From Nibricoccus sp. (GTDB taxonomy: Bacteria > Verrucomicrobiota > Verrucomicrobiia > Opitutales > Opitutaceae): a stretch of DNA of 64,000 nucleotides. The translations under genes and the position numbers were made by a program. Under the pieces are notes generated by a model, which did not search any database, was not told where the DNA came from, and saw only the letters and a program-made list of their open reading frames with translations. Positions 55,885 through 64,000 of this stretch are shown one piece after another. The stretch's first letter is position 1. Each line of letters begins with the position of its first letter. The stretch is taken from positions 4,000,001 to 4,064,000 of the forward strand of contig JASGHG010000001.1 of NCBI GenBank assembly GCA_047602425.1, read 5' to 3'.

Positions 55885-56193
55885 ATGTTCTCCACAACTA
55901 CTCCCGCCACGCGTCGTATTAAACGCATCGCGCCTCTCCAACTCGGCAAGATGCTGGGCATTCTCTATGGAATCATGGGACTCTTGTTTCTTCCGTTTTT
56001 CCTGTTGATGGGTGTGCTTTCGTCTCAGCTACCGCCCGACCAAAGAGCAGGAATGATGTTCTTCGGGGTTGGCTTCGCGCTTTTCGCTCCGGTGATGTAC
56101 GCGGTCATGGGTTTCATCACCGGCGCCTTGGGCGCACTCGTCTACAATGTGGTTGCGAAGTGGATTGGCGGAATCGAAGTAGAGGTCGAATAG
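55885..56193 (+). CDS. Small membrane protein (DUF3566-like)
   Basis: RIKRIAP...GK; two long hydrophobic segments; YNVVAKWIGGIEVE. Confidence 0.7.
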   Translation: MFSTTTPATRRIKRIAPLQLGKMLGILYGIMGLLFLPFFLLMGVLSSQLPPDQRAGMMFFGVGFALFAPVMYAVMGFITGALGALVYNVVAKWIGGIEVEVE

Positions 56194-56281
56194 TCAGCTG
56201 CACCGGTTGCCTGGGTTTCCTGCCTCGCCGGAGGACAAAACCGGTTGATTTGTAGACGGCGTTGTCGTGTATGTTTTCCTC

Positions 56282-57628
56282 ATGGAAAACCCAAAAGAGA
56301 CGCGCCGTCCGCGCATTGTCGCGGTTCTCAGCGAGAACTTCGGGCTCAGCTCGACTGTCGCTTCGCTCGTCACGCTTTTCGCCGCCGCGGTTTGTATCTT
56401 TGCGGTAGTTTGGTTCGTGAGAACGGCTCCGCCCCGCACGCTCACCATCTCCAGCGGGAGGCCGGGAAGCACGTTTCAACGCCATGCCGAATCGTACCAA
56501 AAGGTGCTGGCGACACATGGCGTCACGCTTCGCATTTTGCCTTCCGAGGGTTCGAAGGAAAATCTCCAACGGCTGGGAACCGCCGAATCAGGTGTCGACA
56601 TCGCGTTTGTGCAGGGAGGGCTGACGGACGGCGTGAATTTGAGCGAATTGGTTTCTCTGGGCAGCATTTCCTACCAACCGCTATGGATTTTTTATCGTGG
56701 GCAGACCACCATCAACCGGCTGTCTGCACTGGAAGGAAAACGAATCGCCATCGGCGATGAACGAAGTGGCACGCACGTGCTTGCGCTGGCTCTCCTGAAG
56801 GCAAACGGGATCACCGGGGCTCCCACCACATTGCTCGATCTTGACGCGGAAGAAGCCGCAAAAGGCCTGACGGATGGTTCGGTGGATGCGGTTTTCCTTA
56901 TGGGCGAATCGGCGCCGACACAGACATTGCGAGCTCTGATCAGATCTCCCGATGTCCAAGCCTATAACTTCACCCAGGCGGATGCCTATGTCCGCCGTTA
57001 TGCCTACCTGAACCGAATCGAACTCCCGGAAGGATCGATCGATTTTGGGAAGAATCTGCCGGCGCACGATTTGGTGCTCATTGGACCTACCGTTGAGTTA
57101 GTGGCGCGCAAGGGATTGAATTCCGCGTTATCGGACCTGCTCCTCGACGTGGCTCGGGAAGTACATGGAAAGTCGGGACTGTTTCACAAACGCGGCGAAT
57201 TTCCCGCGCCGCTCGAACATGAGTTCAAGATCAGTGACGACGCCATTCGTTTCTACAAATCGGGCAAAAGCTTTTTGTTTCGCGCCATTGATTCGTTTTG
57301 GCTCGCCAGTCTTTTGAACCGGATGCTGGTGGCATTTGTCCCCGTGGTGCTGCTTCTTGTCCCGGCCATACGTTTTCTACCGAGCGCGTATAAATGGAGT
57401 ATCCAACTCCGATTCTATCGTTGTTACCGACGGCTTCTGCGACTCGAACAGGATGCCGAAGGTTCACCGTCCAACGAACAACGGCAAATCCTGCTCGAAC
57501 GCCTCAACGAAATTGAGAAGGTGGTCAATCACCTCAAGGTGCCCGCTTCTTTCGGCGACAGGTTTTATCTGTTACAGGGGCACATCAAATTCGTGCGGGA
57601 GCGGCTGGTGGAGCTGTCGCGTTCCTGA
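56282..57628 (+). CDS. TAXI-family TRAP solute receptor with N- and C-terminal TM segments
   Basis: APPRTLTISSG, SEGSKENL, DIAFVQGG, YQPLWIFYR, GKRIAIG..SGT, GEFPAP. Confidence 0.85.
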   Translation: MENPKETRRPRIVAVLSENFGLSSTVASLVTLFAAAVCIFAVVWFVRTAPPRTLTISSGRPGSTFQRHAESYQKVLATHGVTLRILPSEGSKENLQRLGTAESGVDIAFVQGGLTDGVNLSELVSLGSISYQPLWIFYRGQTTINRLSALEGKRIAIGDERSGTHVLALALLKANGITGAPTTLLDLDAEEAAKGLTDGSVDAVFLMGESAPTQTLRALIRSPDVQAYNFTQADAYVRRYAYLNRIELPEGSIDFGKNLPAHDLVLIGPTVELVARKGLNSALSDLLLDVAREVHGKSGLFHKRGEFPAPLEHEFKISDDAIRFYKSGKSFLFRAIDSFWLASLLNRMLVAFVPVVLLLVPAIRFLPSAYKWSIQLRFYRCYRRLLRLEQDAEGSPSNEQRQILLERLNEIEKVVNHLKVPASFGDRFYLLQGHIKFVRERLVELSRS

Positions 57629-57831
57629 AATCGCCGGGTCCGACATCTCGGATTGCGCAAAGGGGAACGGCGTGCGTAAAAAGGGGAAGCTGATGATCCG
57701 CAGAAGCGCGGCTGCTTTTCGGCGGCGGCAGGCAACATCATCGCATTGGGAATGTCCTTGTACAAACCAAAGATACAAAACATTGCGCGCTTTCGATTGC
57801 GCAAAAGGCAAAAACTCAATTTCATCCCATC

Positions 57832-58125
57832 ATGTCGTTGTCTAAGTATATTTTGCGGGGACGGAGCACGGCCTCAAATCCGCTGAGTGCCGAAACAGGA
57901 AACAGTGTCGAGCTGCTCGCGTGGCTCGACAGCGAGGCGCAAAAATCGCCCTCGGATGCCTTGGCGATGGTGAAACGGCACTACTCGATGGAGGCCCGAA
58001 AGAACGGGTTGGAGATTGACTGGAGCGCGCCGGTTCTCGCCCTGCCTGCTCCGGAGGTCCAGGACAACCAGCTGCTTTTTGCGTTTCCCGGAGTGAAGGT
58101 ATTCGAACTCGTGGCGGGCAAATAG
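57832..58125 (+). CDS. Hypothetical protein
   Basis: 97-aa ATG ORF after an AT-rich upstream region; no family recognised. Confidence 0.55.
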   Translation: MSLSKYILRGRSTASNPLSAETGNSVELLAWLDSEAQKSPSDALAMVKRHYSMEARKNGLEIDWSAPVLALPAPEVQDNQLLFAFPGVKVFELVAGK

Positions 58126-58219
58126 CTCGCCAGTTCTGCGGCCGCGACGTCCGGATTGGATTCGGCCTATTAGGCTATAGTAATGGTTCGGGTTATGTCG
58201 AACAGCTGCGGGTTGCGGC

Positions 58220-58256
58220 AAAAAAAACCGCCAAGTGGCGTAAGGCCGCTTGGCGG
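58220..58256 (-). terminator. Rho-independent terminator downstream of the Lys-rich microprotein gene
   Basis: Minus strand CCGCCAAGCGGC-CTTAC-GCCACTTGGCGG-TTTTTTTT. Confidence 0.85.
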
Positions 58257-58305
58257 AGACTGAGTTGGCGGAGCGTGGCGCGGCGCGCGGAGGCTCCGCA
58301 GCCGC

Positions 58306-58386
58306 TCACTTCTTTTTCTTACCGGCGGTTTTCTTCGCCGTCTTTTTCACCGGTTTCTTTGCGGGTTTTTTGGATTTAGCGGCCAT
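58306..58386 (-). CDS. 26-aa lysine-rich, histone-H1-like microprotein
   Basis: MAAKSKKPAKKPVKKTAKKTAGKKKK*; AAGGA 8 nt upstream of the ATG; dedicated terminator 50 nt downstream. Confidence 0.7.
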   Translation of the reverse strand: MAAKSKKPAKKPVKKTAKKTAGKKKK

Positions 58387-58741
58387 GGTAGGTTTCCTTT
58401 TGTTTGGGTTAACTGGCTTTCGGAATGTTCGTTCGTCCGAGAGCGCTGGAAATTTTATCTCCGAGATTTTTCGCGAAGTAAATAGGAGATATTCGGAAGA
58501 AGAAATTTTTCCGCGAACAGAACATCGGGACGGTTTCGCGGCATCGCAGACGAACCAATTGAAAGGTATTAAAACGAAAATCTGCGGGCACGCGAACGAC
58601 GACGGGTTTGGCATTACAACGAATTTTTTTCACGGGCGCGAATTGGGGTTGGGGCCATTTTATCGAAGAAAAGATACAATATTCTTTGCCCTGATTCGTC
58701 TGAGAGAGGAAATGGACGCTGTCCGGCAGATTCCAAACTAC

Positions 58742-59299
58742 ATGAGTACTGAGCAAAAAAGACGTGTTTCCCAAGTCGTGAGCGACATGGGACGCGGGCT
58801 CATGCGGTTTATTCGGGTTCGCGTGTCGAGCGATGCCGAGGCGGAAGATGTATTGCAGGATGTCTGGCAGCAACTTGTGACCACGATCGAGGCTGGCGCG
58901 GTCGAGCAGGTGGGTTCGTGGCTTTATACCGTCGCGCGCAACAAGATCATCGATCGTTACCGCAAGCCGAAGATGTCTTCGCTGGAGGCTTTGGCGGTCG
59001 ACGCGGAGGAAACGGAATTCGATTTTGCGGACTTTTTTCTGCGCGACGACAAAACGCCGCGCACGGAACATTTGCGTGCGCAATTTTGGGAAAGACTCTA
59101 TGCGGCGCTCGCCGAACTGCCGGAGGAGCAACGTCAGGTTTTCGTCTGGCACGAACTGGAGGCGCTGTCGTTTCAAGACATCGCCGAACTCACCGGCGAT
59201 GGTGTCAACACGCTGATCTCCCGCAAGCGTTACGCGGTCCTGCATCTCCGGAAGCGGCTGGAGGCGCTTCGCGATGAATTTCGTTCATTCAAACATTAA
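58742..59299 (+). CDS. ECF RNA polymerase sigma-70 factor
   Basis: AEDVLQDVW, SWLYTVARNKIIDRYRK (region 2); LPEEQRQVF..HELE..SFQDIA...NTLISRKRYA (region 4). Start may be ATG 58712. Confidence 0.93.
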   Translation: MSTEQKRRVSQVVSDMGRGLMRFIRVRVSSDAEAEDVLQDVWQQLVTTIEAGAVEQVGSWLYTVARNKIIDRYRKPKMSSLEALAVDAEETEFDFADFFLRDDKTPRTEHLRAQFWERLYAALAELPEEQRQVFVWHELEALSFQDIAELTGDGVNTLISRKRYAVLHLRKRLEALRDEFRSFKH

Positions 59300-59316
59300 C
59301 CGAACTATTTAAAACC

Positions 59317-59706
59317 ATGAAAAACCGATCCTGTGCCAAGTATTGTTTTTTGATCCCAGTCGCGGTGATCGCCTTTTTGGCGCTCTTCACGTACGTCGTA
59401 TATGCGCTATGGAACGGCGTGTTGACCGAGGTGCTCGCGGTGAAAGCCATTAGCTATTGGCAGGCGCTTGGCATCCTTGTGCTGGCTAAGATTCTTTTTG
59501 GCGGCTTCCCTCATCGGCGGGGTGGCCCGTGTGGACATTTCCGCGAACACCTAATGTCGAAGCGTTGGGAATCATCCACGCCGGAGGAACGCGAAAAGAT
59601 GCGCGAAGAAATGCGTCGGCGCTTTGGTGACTGGCCGCATCCGCCGTCGTGGTGCTGCTCGGGCGAAAAAGAACCAGACGCTCCCGGCAAAACGGGCGGT
59701 GGCTAA
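59317..59706 (+). CDS. 2-TM hypothetical protein co-transcribed with the ECF sigma
   Basis: LWN...ISYWQALGILVLAKILFGGF; C-terminal TPEEREKMR. Confidence 0.75.
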   Translation: MKNRSCAKYCFLIPVAVIAFLALFTYVVYALWNGVLTEVLAVKAISYWQALGILVLAKILFGGFPHRRGGPCGHFREHLMSKRWESSTPEEREKMREEMRRRFGDWPHPPSWCCSGEKEPDAPGKTGGG

Positions 59707-59820
59707 AGGCAAAAAGTTTGGCCACAGCCTGACCAAATCGCGAAGCAAAATCCTCACTTTCGTCCAGTCCGCTGAGGTGTGCGGCTAAGGTTCAACCACT
59801 GCTCCAATTGCCCAACCGGC

Positions 59821-59955
59821 ATGCTCACGTTATTACTGTATTACGACAAAATCACCATGGCTGTGCTCGCGACCATCACGATCTTGCTGCTCACGGTCCT
59901 TGTGGCGACCGATAGTGCTGACTCAAAAAACCGGGGCGATCCCACGCTGCGGTAA
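59821..59955 (+). CDS. Putative 44-aa single-TM protein
   Basis: Manual translation MLTLLLYYDKITMAVLATITILLLTVLVATDSADSKNRGDPTLR*. Confidence 0.4.
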   Translation: MLTLLLYYDKITMAVLATITILLLTVLVATDSADSKNRGDPTLR

Positions 59956-59998
59956 CCGCGTTGGGTTGTCTTGCGCGGTTTCAAAATCCGATACGTAT

Positions 59999-60205
59999 AT
60001 GAGTTTAATTTCCACCAACGAAATCATCGAAGAGGGTAGTCAAAGGTCGGAAGTAAGCGACCGGCTGGAGGCGGACTTTGCCTCAAGCTCAATCCAGGAT
60101 GCGTGGATCGCTAGCGATCAACCTTCCAGCGACCCGACTGATGGAATTTCCGACGCGCGGCTCTATCTGGCGGCGATGACGTACTTCTTTTCGGCCGGCC
60201 GATAA
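59999..60205 (+). CDS. Small acidic hypothetical protein
   Basis: ATG 59999, MSLISTNEIIEE...YFFSAGR*. Confidence 0.4.
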   Translation: MSLISTNEIIEEGSQRSEVSDRLEADFASSSIQDAWIASDQPSSDPTDGISDARLYLAAMTYFFSAGR

Positions 60206-60230
60206 AAACCGGCGGGAAAAAATGCGGCGC

Positions 60231-60812
60231 TCACGCCCACTCGGGCGGATTTTGCAGATGGGGCTTGAGAATGCCGATGTTGGGAAGGTTTCGGTAGCGC
60301 TCGGCGAAATCGAGTCCATAACCAACGACAAACCGGTCAGGAATCTGGAAACCCACGAAGTCGGCTTCAAACTCGACTTCGCGGCGGCCTTTTTTGTCGA
60401 GGAGGACGCAGGTCCGAACGCTGGCGGGGTCCTGTTTTCGAATGAGATCGACGACGACGGAAAGTGTTTTGCCGGTATCGAGAATGTCATCGATGAGCAG
60501 CACGTGGCGACCGGTGATGTCGAGCGTGAGACTGTGAAGGAGATGGGGTTTGCCGCGTGAACGAGTGTCATTGCGGTAGCTCGAAACGCGGATGCAATCG
60601 AGGCGGACGGGATTCCTGATCTGGCGGAGCAAGTCAGCGGTGAAGAGGATGGCGCCATTGATGATGGCGATGGCCGTGATTTCCTCGTCGCCGTAGGCGG
60701 CGGAAATGTCGGCGCCAAGTTTTTTGAGGCGGCGTTTGATCGCGGTGTCGCTGACGAGGATGGCCTCAAGATCGTCGGCCGGATTGTTGGTTGGCTTGAC
60801 AGTGCTGCGCAT
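60231..60812 (-). CDS. hpt: Hypoxanthine phosphoribosyltransferase
   Basis: [31 protein letters not shown] motif, [19 protein letters not shown]. Confidence 0.96.
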   Translation of the reverse strand: MRSTVKPTNNPADDLEAILVSDTAIKRRLKKLGADISAAYGDEEITAIAIINGAILFTADLLRQIRNPVRLDCIRVSSYRNDTRSRGKPHLLHSLTLDITGRHVLLIDDILDTGKTLSVVVDLIRKQDPASVRTCVLLDKKGRREVEFEADFVGFQIPDRFVVGYGLDFAERYRNLPNIGILKPHLQNPPEWA

Positions 60813-60932
60813 CGTGAAGGCGTTAAGGAATCGCGGCGCGGGTGGCAACTGCTTCCGTATTCTGCGCGCGGTTAATTCCTTTGACTCACCTAGGTGGAAG
60901 ATTGTTTCTTCGCGGTCGGTCCACCACCTGCG

Positions 60933-62009
60933 ATGATCTCGATCCGGATAGAACAGCTCACCAAAAAATTCGGCACGACCGTCGCCCTGCAAGGTCTCGA
61001 TCTGACGATTGAGCAAGGGGAACTGTTTTTCCTGCTTGGGCCGAGCGGCTGCGGCAAAACAACGCTGCTGCGCAGCATCGCGGGCTTCTACATTCCGGAA
61101 GAAGGGAAGATTTTTTTCGGCGACGATGACGTGACGCGCCTGGCGCCGCACAGGCGGAACACCGGCATGATGTTTCAAAGCTACGCGCTGTGGCCCCATA
61201 TGACGGTGGCGCAAAACGTCGCGTTTGGCCTTGAAGAGCGCAAGGTGCCGCGCGCCGAGATCAAGACTCGCGTCGCCGAGGCGCTGGCCTCGGTGCGGAT
61301 GGAAGCCTATGCCGAGCGCAAGCCGAACCAGCTCTCAGGAGGACAGCAGCAGCGCGTGGCACTGGCTCGCGCGCTGGTGATCCGTCCGCGCTGTCTGCTG
61401 CTTGACGAACCGTTGTCGAATCTCGATGCGAAACTGCGCCTGGAAATGCGCACGGAAATCCGCCGCGTATGCAAGGAGTTCAATCTCACGACAGTCTACG
61501 TGACGCACGACCAGAAAGAGGCGCTATCGATCTCGGACCGCATGGCGATTTTGGAGAATGGCAAGATCCTGCAAGTCGGTTCGCCACGCGAGGTGTACCG
61601 TCGGCCGGCGCGGAAAACCGTGGCGAATTTCATTGGCGAGGCCGATTTTATCGAAGGCCGCATTATCGGCCTGATTGGCGACAGCGCGACGGTGGAAACG
61701 CCGATCGGCCGTTTTGACGGCGTGCTCGGCGATCCAGCGACGCGACCGACGGTGGGCAGTGCGGCGACACTTTCGATCAGGCCCGAATGTTGGAAACTCG
61801 GACGCCAGACGGGCGGGCGCAATTCGATCGCGGGCCGGATCGGCGAATCGGTCTACCTCGGTGAAGTGGCGCAGTACGATTTTTTGGCGAGTGCAAATGG
61901 TTCGTCATTGAAGATCCTGGAGTTAAATCCTCGCTTCCTTGGCACGTCGGCCGGCATGGAGCTGTTTGCGATGGTCGAACCCGAGGACGTGATCGTCCTT
62001 TCGGAATAA
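60933..62009 (+). CDS. ABC transporter ATP-binding protein (PotA/FbpC-like, TOBE domain)
   Basis: [48 protein letters not shown]. Confidence 0.93.
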   Translation: MISIRIEQLTKKFGTTVALQGLDLTIEQGELFFLLGPSGCGKTTLLRSIAGFYIPEEGKIFFGDDDVTRLAPHRRNTGMMFQSYALWPHMTVAQNVAFGLEERKVPRAEIKTRVAEALASVRMEAYAERKPNQLSGGQQQRVALARALVIRPRCLLLDEPLSNLDAKLRLEMRTEIRRVCKEFNLTTVYVTHDQKEALSISDRMAILENGKILQVGSPREVYRRPARKTVANFIGEADFIEGRIIGLIGDSATVETPIGRFDGVLGDPATRPTVGSAATLSIRPECWKLGRQTGGRNSIAGRIGESVYLGEVAQYDFLASANGSSLKILELNPRFLGTSAGMELFAMVEPEDVIVLSE

Positions 62010-62038
62010 AACGGCCCGGCGCCACGACGACGTTTGCC

Positions 62039-63655
62039 ATGCTGAAACGACTGCCCATCCTGCTCGCTCTCGTGGTAACGCTGGCGCTGCCGTTTATTTT
62101 CAGACAGAAGCAGGCCAGCCCGCTTAAGGCCGATGAAACGCTCGTCGTCATCACGCCGCATAACGAAGCCCTGCGATATGAATATGGCCGTGGCTTTGGC
62201 GAATGGTACAAGGCGACCACGGGCAAAACAGTGAATGTCGACTGGCGCGTGATTGGTGGCACGAGCGAAATCAACCGTTTTCTCGAAGGCGAATACGACG
62301 CGGCATTCAAACTCCATTGGACGAAGACGCTGGGACGCATCTGGAGCGCGGAGATTCAGGCTGGTTATAAAAATTCCAAACTCCCGGTCGATGCGTCGAT
62401 TGAGGCGAAGGAGGCGAGGGAAACATTTTTGCGGTCGAACGTAGGCTGCGGGCTCGATCTTTTTTTTGGAGGCGGCACGCCTGACTTTGTCAAACAGGCC
62501 GACGACGGCCGGCTGGTCGATAGCGGGATTATCAGCAGGCATCCCGACTGGTTCGGCGACGACACCATTCCGCAGCATTTTTCCGGCGAACGTTATTGGG
62601 ATTTGCGCGGCCTTTGGATCGGCGTGGTCTTGAGCAACTTTGGCATCGTCTACAACACCGATTCGCTCAAACGGCTGGGGGTAACCAATGAATTGAAGCA
62701 ATGGGCCGATCTCGCCGATCCGCGTCTGGTGGGCGAGGTTGCGCTCGCTGATCCGACGAAAAGCAGTTCCATCGCAAAAGCCTTCGAAAATATCATCCAG
62801 CAGCAAATGCAGGCGCGGTTGGTGGCATTGACCAAGGAGCAGCCTGACACGGCGCCGGAAGAAATCGAAGCCCGGGCAGTGCGCGAAGGCTGGCTGGCGG
62901 GTTTGCAACTCATGCAATTGATCGGAGCCAATTCGCGTTATTTCACCGACACCTCGCAGAAACCGCCAATCGACGTCGCGCAAGGCAACTCCGCCGCAGG
63001 CATCTGCATCGATTTCTACGGCCGCCAGCAGGACGAAGCGATCCAACGTCGCGCGGAAAAACAGCGACTCGGCTTTGTGGCGCCACTCGGCGGCACGGTG
63101 AATTCAGTCGATCCCGTCGCGCTATTTCGCGGCGCTGAGCATCGCGAAGTCGCCATCGCGTTCATGGAATATGTGCTCTCGATGGAGGGGCAAAAGATTT
63201 GGAATTTTCGTCCAGGGACACCCGGTGGCCCGCATCGCTTTGCCCTGCGCCGCCTGCCGGTGCGGCGCGATTTTTATCAGAACGCCGATTTCAAAAAGTT
63301 CTGCAGCGATCCGGAGGACAATCCCTACGACGTGACGAACCAATTGATCTACCGCCCAGCGTGGACGGGAAAACTTTTCCGCGAGATGAGCTTCATCATT
63401 CGTGTGATCACCATGGACACGCACGCCGAACTGACGCGGGCATGGAAGGCGATCATCGCCGCCGGTCGACCGACGGAAGCGCTGGCGGTGTTGCAGGATT
63501 TATCAGCGGTCAATCTCGCGGCGGCGAACGGCCGCATCAAACAGGCTTTAAGCGCGAAGGATAAAACCGAGGAACTCAAACTCGCCCGCGAGTTGGGTGA
63601 TCACTTCCGCGCACAGTATCGCAGAGCTGAAGAAATCGCCAAAGCGAGACAGTAA
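62039..63655 (+). CDS. ABC extracellular solute-binding protein (Fe3+/AfuA-like family)
   Basis: N-terminal anchor, ITPHNE, DLFFGGG, FGIVYN, WADLADP, ADPTKSSS, IDFYG, FMEYVLS.EGQ. Confidence 0.85.
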   Translation: MLKRLPILLALVVTLALPFIFRQKQASPLKADETLVVITPHNEALRYEYGRGFGEWYKATTGKTVNVDWRVIGGTSEINRFLEGEYDAAFKLHWTKTLGRIWSAEIQAGYKNSKLPVDASIEAKEARETFLRSNVGCGLDLFFGGGTPDFVKQADDGRLVDSGIISRHPDWFGDDTIPQHFSGERYWDLRGLWIGVVLSNFGIVYNTDSLKRLGVTNELKQWADLADPRLVGEVALADPTKSSSIAKAFENIIQQQMQARLVALTKEQPDTAPEEIEARAVREGWLAGLQLMQLIGANSRYFTDTSQKPPIDVAQGNSAAGICIDFYGRQQDEAIQRRAEKQRLGFVAPLGGTVNSVDPVALFRGAEHREVAIAFMEYVLSMEGQKIWNFRPGTPGGPHRFALRRLPVRRDFYQNADFKKFCSDPEDNPYDVTNQLIYRPAWTGKLFREMSFIIRVITMDTHAELTRAWKAIIAAGRPTEALAVLQDLSAVNLAAANGRIKQALSAKDKTEELKLARELGDHFRAQYRRAEEIAKARQ

Positions 63656-63742
63656 ATTGCCGGCGGGGGCCGCACCCAGCAAAGAGAGGGAACACCGGGA
63701 GGATGGTTGAAGTCAGACTGATTCATCCAACCCGAGTTTCAC

Positions 63743-64000
63743 GTGCTATACTGCTGGGAAAATTTTTTCGCAGGAAGTTTCAGGGCACTCATCCTGATGA
63801 CGCTCGGTGCAAGCACGGCGTTGGCAGACGACTCGGCCTCCAACAAACCAGTGTCTTGGCGCCAAGTGGTTTTGTCCGAAATTCGGTACAGTCTGCCTAA
63901 GTCAGAGCAGACAGGTGAGTCGGATCAAAATGAAGAGGCGACGATCGCCAAGACCGACGAACTGACGCCAAGCGACACCATTGTTTTACCGCACTACGTG
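63743..64000 (+). CDS. Secreted hypothetical protein, partial (runs off window end)
   Basis: Open frame from GTG 63743: ...FRALILMTLGASTALA/DD...SDTIVLPHYV. Confidence 0.5.
   Translation, partial: MLYCWENFFAGSFRALILMTLGASTALADDSASNKPVSWRQVVLSEIRYSLPKSEQTGESDQNEEATIAKTDELTPSDTIVLPHYV

Noticed and set aside
55820..56200. Possible second cassette (GCTGGGC before the ATG of the DUF3566-like gene)
   Set aside because: No RYYYAAC at the gene end and the core lacks GTT.
57769..58679. Shared 10-mer AAAGATACAA upstream of the 57832 ORF and the ECF gene
   Set aside because: Spacing to any common -10 element differs; plausible by chance in AT-rich intergenic DNA.
58250..58741. N-terminal extension of the ECF sigma ORF (349 aa in the track)
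   Set aside because: The extension is antisense to the Lys-rich microprotein and crosses AT-rich promoter DNA; sigma homology begins near 58742.

Overview
GC-rich (roughly 60% by eye) bacterial chromosomal segment. Gene content and style suggest Verrucomicrobiota, probably Opitutaceae (inference): a ~1300-aa TonB-dependent receptor, DUF748, a DUF1504-type antiporter and many hybrid kinases. It is mostly core or semi-core genes: an NtrC-type regulator (partial), DUF47-Pit phosphate uptake, ElyC/YdcF, USP, tRNA-Pro(GGG), four hybrid histidine kinases, VanZ-ligA, menD, pldA, hemH, a beta-CASP nuclease, ApaG, purH, zinc-free rpmJ/rpmE, protealysin-emfourin, a TMTC-like glycosyltransferase, uvrB, TAXI, an ECF sigma factor, hpt and an ABC transporter. 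I saw no integrase, transposase, prophage, CRISPR array or recognisable defence system, and no clear-cut new multi-gene system. The best leads are: (1) a PL42-like lyase/GH105 fusion; (2) a 26-aa, 50%-Lys microprotein with its own RBS and terminator; (3) two families of intergenic palindromes with covarying stems (TGTCA..TAATA..TGACA and GGAG-headed REP-like); (4) a TMTC-like GT-C gene beside an AT-richer TBDR; (5) a one-base frameshift cutting pldA off from its signal peptide; (6) a probable solo integron-cassette remnant after uvrB; (7) a Pho-box-like triple repeat before the phosphate transporter. All family calls are from motif recognition by eye; no searches were run.
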